Below, piece after piece: positions 1-8,846 of a stretch of 35,350 nt of DNA (positions are counted from its first letter, which is position 1; every line of letters begins with the position of its first letter). Source of the DNA: Candidatus Hermodarchaeota archaeon. Lineage in GTDB: Archaea; Asgardarchaeota; Lokiarchaeia; Sigyniarchaeales; SOKP01. Position numbers and translations under genes: made by a program. The notes beneath the pieces were generated by a model. It saw only the letters and a program-made list of their open reading frames with translations, had not been told where the DNA came from and ran no database searches. The stretch lies in NCBI GenBank assembly GCA_048885535.1, contig JBHLLO010000030.1, positions 1-35,350 of the forward strand, read 5' to 3'.

Positions 1-524
<524 letters not shown>

Positions 525-865
525 AACATGGATTGAATTGTCCGCAAGGAAATTCCATCTTATTGGTTAGGAATTGTATTCTAAGGAGTTCCTAATTTAA
601 CCTTCTTCAGTTATAATTAAATAAACTATAACTACATTTTTTATATCGTGTCTATGATAAAACTTTTCATCTAACGGTTAAATACCGCAATCTAAGCATA
701 CACCGGAAGAGACACGACTTTCTGTAATTATAAAAAACACTATTGATTTTAAATTTTTTTATTTTATAAGTCTAAAGATTAGATTCTTCTTTTTAAATTT
801 TCGGAGTTTATAAATCTAATTTCAGAATAAAGAATACATAATTAAAAAGAGGCCTAGTAATAAAA

Positions 866-1867
866 ATGGATTTAAAAGAGAAAATAGGAATTCACTTAGA
901 TCAAATAAAACATTTAAAAGGTGTAGAGAACGCTGTCCTTACACAAAGAGATGGAAATCCTATTCAATCTTCAGGTGTTTGGTTTTCAAAAGATGAAATC
1001 TTCAATGTAAGTTCAGCAACAAGTGCTATTTTCAATGTTGGAATCCATCTGCATCCAAATGATTTGAAGTATATATTAATTGAAGGTAAGAAAGCAAAAA
1101 TATTGATAGCTCCATTAAATAGTCCAATACATTATTCTTTAAACAGGATTCTTGAACAACAAGGTATTTTTGATAATAAACATGAATTCTTTATAGCAAT
1201 CACAGCACAACCAAGTACCAATTTAGGTGGGATTTTTTTACAAACTGGAGAATGTCTTAAAAACATAAAAACTTCTTTAATTACTTCAGGAGAAAACTTT
1301 AAACCTCCTTTAATCCAATTTGATGACCAAAAAGTTAAAAATATTATCAAAGGATTTAATATAAAAGAAAATGATGAGAAAGAATTCAAATTATCTTCGT
1401 TTTCTTTAAGCTTATCCGAAAGGGTCTCATTCGAGTTGAGAAAAGTGTTAAATAATTTTTCTGTGACAATTCCTGATTTACGATATGCGTATATAACAAT
1501 TGAGGGTGGATTTATTGCTTCAAAGATCATTAAAAGTAATGATCTTAATAAGAATAATTTAGATAACATCTCAGCAATGAGCTATTCTCTATATCAAACT
1601 GCAAATAGATGTGCATGGTTATTAAAAAAAATGGGTGCAGAGAGTATACTATTAGATTGCGAAAACTCTTATCAATTTATTTATGGTTTAGGACGGGCAA
1701 TCTTTAGTACAGAAATAGGGAAATCAAGACAAAAATTAGGCTTAATAAGACTTATTATCCCACAATTTTCTCTAAAAATTCAAAGTTTAATTAAAGAAGC
1801 ATCAGAAATACGAGAACAAAGAAATTTCGACATCAAGACACTATTAGGCGAATTAGTTATAAAATAA
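866..1867 (+). CDS. Tandem (two-domain) Roadblock/LC7 (MglB-like) protein
   Basis: Two Roadblock-pattern units: GVENAVLTQRDGNPIQS...VSSATSAIF...YILIEGKKAKILIAP and PDLRYAYITIEGGFIAS...ISAMSYSLY...SILLDCENSYQFIY...KLGLIRL. Confidence 0.85.
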   Translation: MDLKEKIGIHLDQIKHLKGVENAVLTQRDGNPIQSSGVWFSKDEIFNVSSATSAIFNVGIHLHPNDLKYILIEGKKAKILIAPLNSPIHYSLNRILEQQGIFDNKHEFFIAITAQPSTNLGGIFLQTGECLKNIKTSLITSGENFKPPLIQFDDQKVKNIIKGFNIKENDEKEFKLSSFSLSLSERVSFELRKVLNNFSVTIPDLRYAYITIEGGFIASKIIKSNDLNKNNLDNISAMSYSLYQTANRCAWLLKKMGAESILLDCENSYQFIYGLGRAIFSTEIGKSRQKLGLIRLIIPQFSLKIQSLIKEASEIREQRNFDIKTLLGELVIK

Positions 1868-1879
1868 AGGTGGTCTAAG

Positions 1880-2776
1880 ATGAATTTTTTTAATTTCATA
1901 GAAAAATTAAAAAGAAACGAAGCTGCCATAGTATTTTATTGTCTATTGAACAGAATTCCCATAATTGTTTTTGGTGACGATCAATTAAAAGTTGATGACT
2001 TTTTAATTGATTTATCGGAGCTTATTCACTTTAGGAAAGAATTGGTTTTTTACACAGATTTTATTTCGATATCTGAGTATGATGAATTAATTCAACATGA
2101 AAATATTGATTTTAATTCACAAAGATTTCATATTAGATGCCCTACTAATGTCGCACTTAAAGCTTTGAATCAATTTTCAAATTTTGATTCATGGCTGATA
2201 GGATTTGAAGTGCCTGATCATAAAGACAGAATAAATAATTTAATAATTAGTATTAAAAAGAAGTTGGATTTTTTTTTAAGCATATCATTATTCTCAGAGA
2301 AAATTTCAGTAAATTTGCAAGGACTTAGTTCAAAATTGATTGATTTATCGTTAGAACAAAACTTTCTTCAAAAAATTTCTCAAGATACAGAAAAATCCAT
2401 AACAAAGATGATGCGTGTATTATCTGAAAAGATTACACCTAATGATTTCCATAAAGATTTAATCCAATCCTTACTTGACTTTGAAAATGAAAAGAAGGAA
2501 TTGAAGAGAAATATAATTAAAAAGGAGATTCAGAATTTCTTCTCTGGATCAAAAAGAGCATTTTTCATATTATCAAGATTAAATTTATTGAATAATATTG
2601 ATATAAATACCAAAATTGGCAGCAAGACACTTTTAGATACGATAGATTATTATGATGCTCCGATTGATCGTGTAATATTTTTTATTAAAAAAGAATGGGG
2701 AGAAGACTTTTCAGCGATAATCGAAAATGGGAAAAAAGTCAATGCTCTTGATAGCATACAATCGTTATGGGGTTAG
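1880..2776 (+). CDS. Hypothetical protein with a putative DENN-core-like domain (folliculin/C9orf72 type)
   Basis: IVFYCLLNRIPIIVFGDDQLKVDDFLIDLSELI resembles the cDENN helix-strand-helix start, with later SWLIGF and FLSISL strands and a helical C-terminus. AGGTGG ribosome-binding site upstream. The domain call is by eye. Confidence 0.55.
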   Translation: MNFFNFIEKLKRNEAAIVFYCLLNRIPIIVFGDDQLKVDDFLIDLSELIHFRKELVFYTDFISISEYDELIQHENIDFNSQRFHIRCPTNVALKALNQFSNFDSWLIGFEVPDHKDRINNLIISIKKKLDFFLSISLFSEKISVNLQGLSSKLIDLSLEQNFLQKISQDTEKSITKMMRVLSEKITPNDFHKDLIQSLLDFENEKKELKRNIIKKEIQNFFSGSKRAFFILSRLNLLNNIDINTKIGSKTLLDTIDYYDAPIDRVIFFIKKEWGEDFSAIIENGKKVNALDSIQSLWG

Positions 2777-2780
2777 AGAA

Positions 2781-3374
2781 ATGATTTTTGATTATGAAAG
2801 TAAAGTATTACAAATAAAAATCGTATATTACGGTCCAGCGATGTCAGGTAAAACAACCTCCATAAAGTACCTTTTTTCATATTTTAAGAAAGAAAGTGAT
2901 TTAGAATCTATTGAAAGCTCCGTGGGACGTACTCTTTTTTTTGATTTTGGAGTTTTAAACTTTCAAGGATCTAATTGGGGCCTAAAGTTTTTAATATATT
3001 CGGCAACTGGACAGGATTTTTATGCTAGTACCCGTCCAGCAACATTAAATGGTGTTGATGGGATAATATTTGTAGTTGATTCACGTTTCAGTTATTTAAA
3101 ACACAACCTACGGTCATGGAATGAATTAAAATCTCTATTTGGGGAAGAAATTTATAATATTCCTATTGTAATTTCATTAAATAAATATGATTTAGAAGGG
3201 ATTAATAAATTAAAAGAAGTTGATTTCTTGAATTTAATTGATTTTAATTTATTTAAATATCTCTCTATAGAAAAAACTACGGCAATAAATGGAACAGGGC
3301 TTTTAGATTCTTTTAAAACAGTCGTTAATTTTATATTGCCAGAACTACAAATTAATACAAACTTAATTCAATAA
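2781..3374 (+). CDS. MglA-family small GTPase
   Basis: KIVYYGPAMSGKTT (P-loop), RTLFFDF (switch I), SATGQ (G3), GVDGIIFVVDS and NKYD (G4) match MglA. The ATG at 2781 is preferred over 2727, which overlaps the previous gene. Confidence 0.92.
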   Translation: MIFDYESKVLQIKIVYYGPAMSGKTTSIKYLFSYFKKESDLESIESSVGRTLFFDFGVLNFQGSNWGLKFLIYSATGQDFYASTRPATLNGVDGIIFVVDSRFSYLKHNLRSWNELKSLFGEEIYNIPIVISLNKYDLEGINKLKEVDFLNLIDFNLFKYLSIEKTTAINGTGLLDSFKTVVNFILPELQINTNLIQ

Positions 3375-3378
3375 GATT

Positions 3379-3561
3379 TTATTTTAATTTTTCATACATG
3401 TTTTTTGAAATCCGTTTGACATACCCTTGTTTGAAAAATTGTTTTAAGATATTTCTTACAAGTCGAACTTCTTTAGCATCAATCCTCAAAATAGACATTA
3501 ATTGAAAGATTGAAAAGTGTTTTGGTAACTGATCTTTTATATTATTATAAAGTCCTAAAAT
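3379..3561 (-). CDS. Small winged-helix-like protein not in the ORF track (probable ATT start)
   Basis: Manual translation: ILGLYNNIKDQLPKHFSIFQLMSILRIDAKEVRLVRNILKQFFKQGYVKRISKNMYEKLK*. It has a wHTH pattern with a GYVKRIS..MY wing. GGGTG lies just upstream of an ATT, and there is no ATG/GTG/TTG before the domain. Confidence 0.6.
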   Translation of the reverse strand: MLGLYNNIKDQLPKHFSIFQLMSILRIDAKEVRLVRNILKQFFKQGYVKRISKNMYEKLK

Positions 3562-3917
3562 AATGCACCCTATGATATGTGTTATTAATATATAAAGAAA
3601 AATGATGAATTCTATATATAGATTATTACATCCAAACGCTCTTCTAAAGGCTAAATTTCAAGTTTTTTCAATCTTCAAAATAACTATAAATTTTCATTCC
3701 TATTAATAATAGGTCATATTATAAATTTTTTCATCGATTTTTACAACTTGAGGGAAATCCTACTAGCTTTAATGGATTATACAAATTAGTTTCATTTTTT
3801 TCTTGATAGATTTCTATTTTTCATAAAAATGTTTCCAAAGATACATATTATCATAAGGATAAAATCTTATAATATTATTGGGTTTAATAGACATTAAAAA
3901 GAGGGTCTCAATTATTA

Positions 3918-4598
3918 TCAAAATGCTGCAATGTTTTTTTTAAAATCATTTCCTATAGGTGCCTTACCATCCCCATAAATCTGATATAAGCCTGTTCTTC
4001 TTGCGCATTCGCTAAAACTACGATATACATCTCGGTGTTTTTCATATAAAGCACAGGTTTTATATATAATTGGATTCCAAATATATAATTCATGATCTGG
4101 CTCATACCATAATTTTTCTTCCTTTAAAACTTGTTTGAAATCTTCCTCTCCAATAACTTCGGAAAGATCCTGTTTGTTCAACATAATTATCAGAGGGATG
4201 TCTTTTATTAATTTTCCTTGAGTCACTTTCTTAAGTTCTTTTAAGGATTCAATGTTATCCTCAAAAAAATGAGTTTGAGAATCAATTACAAATATCACTC
4301 CATCAGTACCTTTAAATATTTTTTGCCGTAAGGGAGAAAACCTACTTTGACCTGCTACAGTATAGACATGATAAAAAACTTTATTTTGCTTAGTTGATTG
4401 AAAAATTCCTCTATCGAAATACAGTGTAGATCCACTTGCCATTGAAATTTTAGTTAAATTTCCTGTAGGAGTTATTTCTTTCTTTTGTTCTTTTGTTAAT
4501 CTATAAAGAGTGTCAACTATAGTAGTTTTTCCTGAACCTCCCATTCCCCAATAGAGAATTTTGATATATATGTTGTGATCTGCTGTCCATCGGACCAT
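3918..4598 (-). CDS. Second MglA-family small GTPase
   Basis: KILYWGMGGSGKTT, STLYFDR, YTVAGQ, GTDGVIFVIDSQ, NKQD and TCA motifs. Confidence 0.92.
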   Translation of the reverse strand: MVRWTADHNIYIKILYWGMGGSGKTTIVDTLYRLTKEQKKEITPTGNLTKISMASGSTLYFDRGIFQSTKQNKVFYHVYTVAGQSRFSPLRQKIFKGTDGVIFVIDSQTHFFEDNIESLKELKKVTQGKLIKDIPLIIMLNKQDLSEVIGEEDFKQVLKEEKLWYEPDHELYIWNPIIYKTCALYEKHRDVYRSFSECARRTGLYQIYGDGKAPIGNDFKKNIAAF

Positions 4599-4827
4599 TA
4601 AAAAATCTACCTTAATCCTTATATTTTAAAAAATTTTATTATTATTCTGTTATTCTTAAAAAAAATACTAAGATGGGGAGTATAATCGTATAACTAATAG
4701 ATTATTATATATTCTATAAATACAACTACTTATTTATAATAACATATCAACCTTTTATAATTATTTGTATTTAGAAAAATGCAAAAATACTAAGACCATA
4801 GTATTATAATTAGTATTAAATGGATTT

Positions 4828-5073
4828 TTAAATTGATTCGAAATTAACTAGTAAATCCCCTTGTTTTATTTTATAATTACACCAAATAATTATTTGATTG
4901 TAAACATCTCCCTTGTAGTGCTTTCTTACTAATAAGTTTATAATATCAGAATACATTATTTCTCTTTTTCCATTAATAATTTTATTAATTTTCTTAAGTA
5001 AATCTCTTAATAAATCTGCACAATTGTGAGGTATTTCTTCGAGATTATTCATTTTATTCTGAATTTGACTCAT
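4828..5073 (-). CDS. Small hypothetical protein
   Basis: 81-aa ORF with ATG filling an intergenic gap. It is helical with a C-terminal G-D-L-L-V strand, possibly wHTH-like. Confidence 0.6.
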   Translation of the reverse strand: MSQIQNKMNNLEEIPHNCADLLRDLLKKINKIINGKREIMYSDIINLLVRKHYKGDVYNQIIIWCNYKIKQGDLLVNFESI

Positions 5074-5319
5074 TATTGAAAAGTGGTGTCTTATTTCTTA
5101 TAAAATTAAACTTGGTAAAAATATTCTAGTAAATTTATTTTATAGATAATCTTTTAAACTCCAACTTTTTTACATTTAATTACCTCTCTCCTTCCCTCAA
5201 AAAATTTTTTCCCTTTAATGAAACAAGGTTTTCTATAAATTGGATTATCCTTCCAAGTAATAAAAATAAAACAGACATTTTTCTTTCCAATTAAAAACTC
5301 ATATATTTTAATAAGGAAA

Positions 5320-6336
5320 ATGAAGAATGAAGAATTTCAAATTCAACGCATTAAAAAGTGTCCTGAATGTAATGGTAATGTTATTCTCACCAGTCATGAA
5401 CAAGTATGTAAGGAATGCGGCTTAATAATTGACCAGCTTTATGTAGAGACTTCTTACCTTTTTGATAATCATTTAAGTAATAATACTCTCAATAAACAGT
5501 ATGTAGCTTTAGGAGAGAGAACAGATTTTGTTGGAGGTTTAGGAACTTTTATAGATTATGAAAGTTCAAAATATTTAAAGGACACTTCTGGTAGATTATT
5601 ACCACCAAATGAACAAACACTATATAGAAGACTAAAGAAGAACTATGCGCAATTCCTAAGGATTAAAAATCATGAGACAGAATATAGAATTTTTAATATA
5701 TTGAATAAAATTACTACTTATCTAAATTTAAATAAAAATATAAGAAATAATGCGGCTTATTACTATAAAAAAATCATAAAAAAAGAAAAAAGAGTTATCA
5801 ATAATATCTCTTTAATTGGTTTTTGCATTTTTTATGCTGCCCGCGAAGAATTACATAATGCTCCAATAAATATTACCGAACTCTCAGAGGCATTCCAAAA
5901 TTTCGGGCATCGTGTAAATCCTAGACTCATTTTAAGAGACGGTTTAAAGTATAAAATACATTTAAAGAAAAATGCGACACCTCATACAAGTGAGGATTAT
6001 TTAATAAGGTTAATAGATCAGGTTATAAATCATAAAGATTTGGATTCTAGATTAGAAAGCAAGGGATGTTTATGGGACAAGAGTGAATATCGGATGAAAT
6101 TGATAAATAAAAGTCAGAAAATTTTAAGACAGTTAAGCTCTTGGGATCGTGGAGGTAGAAACCCATTTATTTTAACTGGTGCGATAATTTATTTGGCAGA
6201 TAAGTTATTAGCAGAAAAAAATAGGTACAAATCTATTTTGACTCAAAAATTAATATCTGATTCAACGAAAATTGCTGAATACTCAATTAGAGACCATTAT
6301 GTAAATCTTTTAAAACCTTTATTTAAGAAACATTGA
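5320..6336 (+). CDS. tfb: Divergent TFB/TFIIB paralog
   Basis: Zn ribbon CPECNG...VCKECGLII, cyclin repeats, GRNP..LTGAIIYLA and a C-terminal HTH LTQKLISDSTKIAEYSIRDHY. Confidence 0.85.
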   Translation: MKNEEFQIQRIKKCPECNGNVILTSHEQVCKECGLIIDQLYVETSYLFDNHLSNNTLNKQYVALGERTDFVGGLGTFIDYESSKYLKDTSGRLLPPNEQTLYRRLKKNYAQFLRIKNHETEYRIFNILNKITTYLNLNKNIRNNAAYYYKKIIKKEKRVINNISLIGFCIFYAAREELHNAPINITELSEAFQNFGHRVNPRLILRDGLKYKIHLKKNATPHTSEDYLIRLIDQVINHKDLDSRLESKGCLWDKSEYRMKLINKSQKILRQLSSWDRGGRNPFILTGAIIYLADKLLAEKNRYKSILTQKLISDSTKIAEYSIRDHYVNLLKPLFKKH

Positions 6337-6493
6337 AAGGATAAAGTATAAAAAAATGAGTTAGATATTGGAAAATGTTAAAAGAAAATATTTTATTTCC
6401 TATTTATACTTAGGTTTAATATAACAGATATTTTTTTAAGGCTAAAAAATTATTAGACTCTATACACCTAATGACCATTTCTAAAATTTATTT

Positions 6494-6597
6494 GCTTCTG
6501 TAGTGTAGTTCGGTCAAACTTTTCTTATAATGAGAGAAAGGGTAACGCATACGAGGCTCTCACCCTCGCGACCCGGGTTCGAATCCCGGCAGAAGCA
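6494..6597 (+). tRNA. tRNA-Glu(CTC) with a 29-nt D-loop intron (6518-6546, position 21/22)
   Basis: Acceptor GCTTCTG/CAGAAGC, anticodon arm CGAGG-CTCTCAC-CCTCG, T arm CCGGG-TTCGAAT-CCCGG. Removing 6518-6546 gives a 75-nt cloverleaf. No encoded CCA. Confidence 0.93.
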
Positions 6598-6614
6598 TCT
6601 TTATATTTTAAAAT

Positions 6615-6989
6615 TTAGGATTTTTTATTAACTTGGGTAATTAAATCAATATATTTCAAAACTTTTAACAATTGCAAAAGAATTTTTGTATAATTTTTTA
6701 TATTATCAATTTTGATTTCTTTTGCCAATAAATCATTTAAAAATTTTATCTTCTCAATGACAACTTCCTTTAATGGCATCAAAACAGTGTCATTATCTGG
6801 TATTTGAGGAGTACGCCTTTTTTCATCATTTTTGATCTTCTCAATCGAATATTCGTCACTTACCATGATAACCTCTCTATTACATATCGGACAAAACATT
6901 TTATCTTTTTTGTCTTTGAAAATTGGGTTATTACACACAGGGCAAGACTTATTTAGCATTTTATATCCTGACCTTAGAAGATTTGCCAT
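6615..6989 (-). CDS. UPF0148 / Sjogren-scleroderma autoantigen 1 (ZNRD2)-like Zn-ribbon protein
   Basis: MANLLRSGYKMLNKSCPVCNNPIF...FCPIC signature. The true start may be ATT at 7010 (see findings). Confidence 0.88.
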   Translation of the reverse strand: MANLLRSGYKMLNKSCPVCNNPIFKDKKDKMFCPICNREVIMVSDEYSIEKIKNDEKRRTPQIPDNDTVLMPLKEVVIEKIKFLNDLLAKEIKIDNIKNYTKILLQLLKVLKYIDLITQVNKKS

Positions 6990-7072
6990 AATTTTCGCAT
7001 CATCTTTAATATTAACTCACCTAAATATTAATTATTCTTTCAAACTTAAAATAGTGAGATAAATTAATTGTA

Positions 7073-7267
7073 TTATTCTTGACTTTTTATTTTTAAAAGA
7101 TTAACAATGTATCCAGAAATTCTATTTCTTAGATGCTTTGAATCGATTTCTAGATATTTATCAAGTAATTTTTTATTTTTTTCAAAATCTGTAGTAAAAA
7201 CATCTGGATATTTATTTATTAATTCTTTTGAGATATTTTTTATCAGGAATGTCCTTACCTTTCCCAT
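7073..7267 (-). CDS. rps17e: 30S ribosomal protein eS17
   Basis: MGKVRT..IK..SKELI.KYPDVFTTDFEKNKK...SKHLRNRISGY. Start trimmed to the ATG at 7267. Confidence 0.96.
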   Translation of the reverse strand: MGKVRTFLIKNISKELINKYPDVFTTDFEKNKKLLDKYLEIDSKHLRNRISGYIVNLLKIKSQE

Positions 7268-7373
7268 TTTAATTTCCAAATTTACTATAAATCTTTTTTA
7301 GAAAATAAATTTTGTATAACATAAATTTTTTTGGAATTCGCTAGGTTTTAATAATTTCTTTTTAAAAAAATAT

Positions 7374-8585
7374 GTGAATAAAAAAAATAAAATTATTACC
7401 TTGTTACTTTTTATCCTCTCAGCCTCAGCTTCAATAAGAAATTTAGAAGCTAACAGCTTTTATTATAATCTAATTTTATTTAATACAGATAAAAGCGCTT
7501 ATTATTATGATGAATTTATGGAAATAAACGCTTTATGGGAGTTGAATTATGATAATGATCTAGAAATTTCCTATATACAGATCCAAATTTTTGGTATTAA
7601 TGATTCTTTACTCTTTAATAGCTCAAAATTTTATGATACTGGCATATCTGCAAAAAATTGGACTATTGAACTTCAAAAGCTAGAATTTACCTTTGAAAAT
7701 TCTTCATATATTTTATTCATTAAAGCTCTCAACTCTTATAAGAATCTTAATGTAGGAACTCCCGAACTCACTATTTTAGATTCAATAAGAGTGGTTATTT
7801 TAAAAAGGAATATCAGCTGTGAAGTTACTGGATATAGAAGTAACATTAAATATGGAGAAAATCTCTCCTTAATAGCAAAACTGTCTTCTCCAGATAAAGA
7901 AAGAGATCTTTCAAATCAGTCAGTGGAAGTTAAAATAATTTCAAAGAATATAGTAAACTATAAAGCATACTATATCACAAATTCTTCAGGGAAATTTACA
8001 TTTCAGATTTTTTCAATATATCACTTAAATTTAGGACTGAATCTATTAATAATTAATATTACTGACAGTGATCTTTTCAAGGATAGCTTTTTTACGTATA
8101 ATATTACTGTAGAAAAATATCAAATATTTGCTGAGGTTATATATTTCAATAGTAGAATCCAACTAAATGAAGATATCCAATTAGAGCTTTTATATTATTA
8201 CAATAATAATTCTATTCACCCCTTAAAAAATGAGACAATTAATGTAGCGATCTATACTAATAGTCTATTGAAATTTAAAGAAAATTTTAAAACAAATAAT
8301 TCTGGTTTATTAAAAGTAAATATATTTTATGAACTTCTCGAATTTGAACCAGATCAGAGGACCTTATTAATTAATTTATTTTTTAATGGTTCAAAATTCT
8401 TACAAAATTATACTTTATCCTTTAGCTTAGAAATAAATTATAATGAAAATCAAATGAATTTTCTTACAGTGGAATTTACTCTAGTTTCATTAGTTGGTTT
8501 TTTATTGATAGGTTTTTCGATTTTTGTTTATAAAAAGAGGAGAGCAAAAAACCAGCTAATAAAAGATATTAGTTTCAAATACTAA
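7374..8585 (+). CDS. Secreted, membrane-anchored surface protein (beta-rich, possibly Ig-like repeats)
   Basis: N-terminal signal peptide, repeated (Y/F)xTNxSG.. strands, many N-x-S/T sites, and a C-terminal TM helix followed by KKRR. Confidence 0.75.
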   Translation: MNKKNKIITLLLFILSASASIRNLEANSFYYNLILFNTDKSAYYYDEFMEINALWELNYDNDLEISYIQIQIFGINDSLLFNSSKFYDTGISAKNWTIELQKLEFTFENSSYILFIKALNSYKNLNVGTPELTILDSIRVVILKRNISCEVTGYRSNIKYGENLSLIAKLSSPDKERDLSNQSVEVKIISKNIVNYKAYYITNSSGKFTFQIFSIYHLNLGLNLLIINITDSDLFKDSFFTYNITVEKYQIFAEVIYFNSRIQLNEDIQLELLYYYNNNSIHPLKNETINVAIYTNSLLKFKENFKTNNSGLLKVNIFYELLEFEPDQRTLLINLFFNGSKFLQNYTLSFSLEINYNENQMNFLTVEFTLVSLVGFLLIGFSIFVYKKRRAKNQLIKDISFKY

Positions 8586-8846
8586 TTTAAATGTAAAAAT
8601 AGGAGGAAATTTTCAGAATCAATTAAAAGTCTATATTAAAGAACCCGACAAAAATCAGAATCGTAATGAATTAATTACTATGATTTACGTTTGAGATTAT
8701 GAATACTAATGTTTAAGACCTCTATTAAGTTAGATATCTCTATAAATTCCTTATCAATGTTATTATGACAAAAAACTCTTACTCTGTATTCTATTATATA
8801 TCAATGTTTTTTTAACTCTAATATCGAGATTTTGAGGTAACTTTTT

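Noticed and set aside
1132-1569. Shadow ORFs (this one, and 6832, 7107, 9452, 9847, 13282, 14194, 17906, 18055, 21363, 22722, 23445, 28168, 28835, 29372)
   Set aside because: They overlap well-supported genes on the opposite strand or in another frame and show no motifs.
2727-2780. Longer N-terminus for GTPase 1
   Set aside because: It overlaps the upstream gene by 50 bp; MglA similarity begins at the ATG at 2781.
3600-3917. Further small ORFs or an RNA between the hidden wHTH and GTPase 2
   Set aside because: Only short frames with no recognisable pattern were seen.
5181-5215. Pyrimidine tract and A/T palindrome upstream of the TFB paralog (similar tracts near 20085 and 27175)
   Set aside because: Low complexity; cannot be distinguished from chance.
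8586-8846. Replication origin directly upstream of cdc6
   Set aside because: No TTCCAnTGGAA-type ORB was seen here; the better candidate is at 25.3-25.5 kb.
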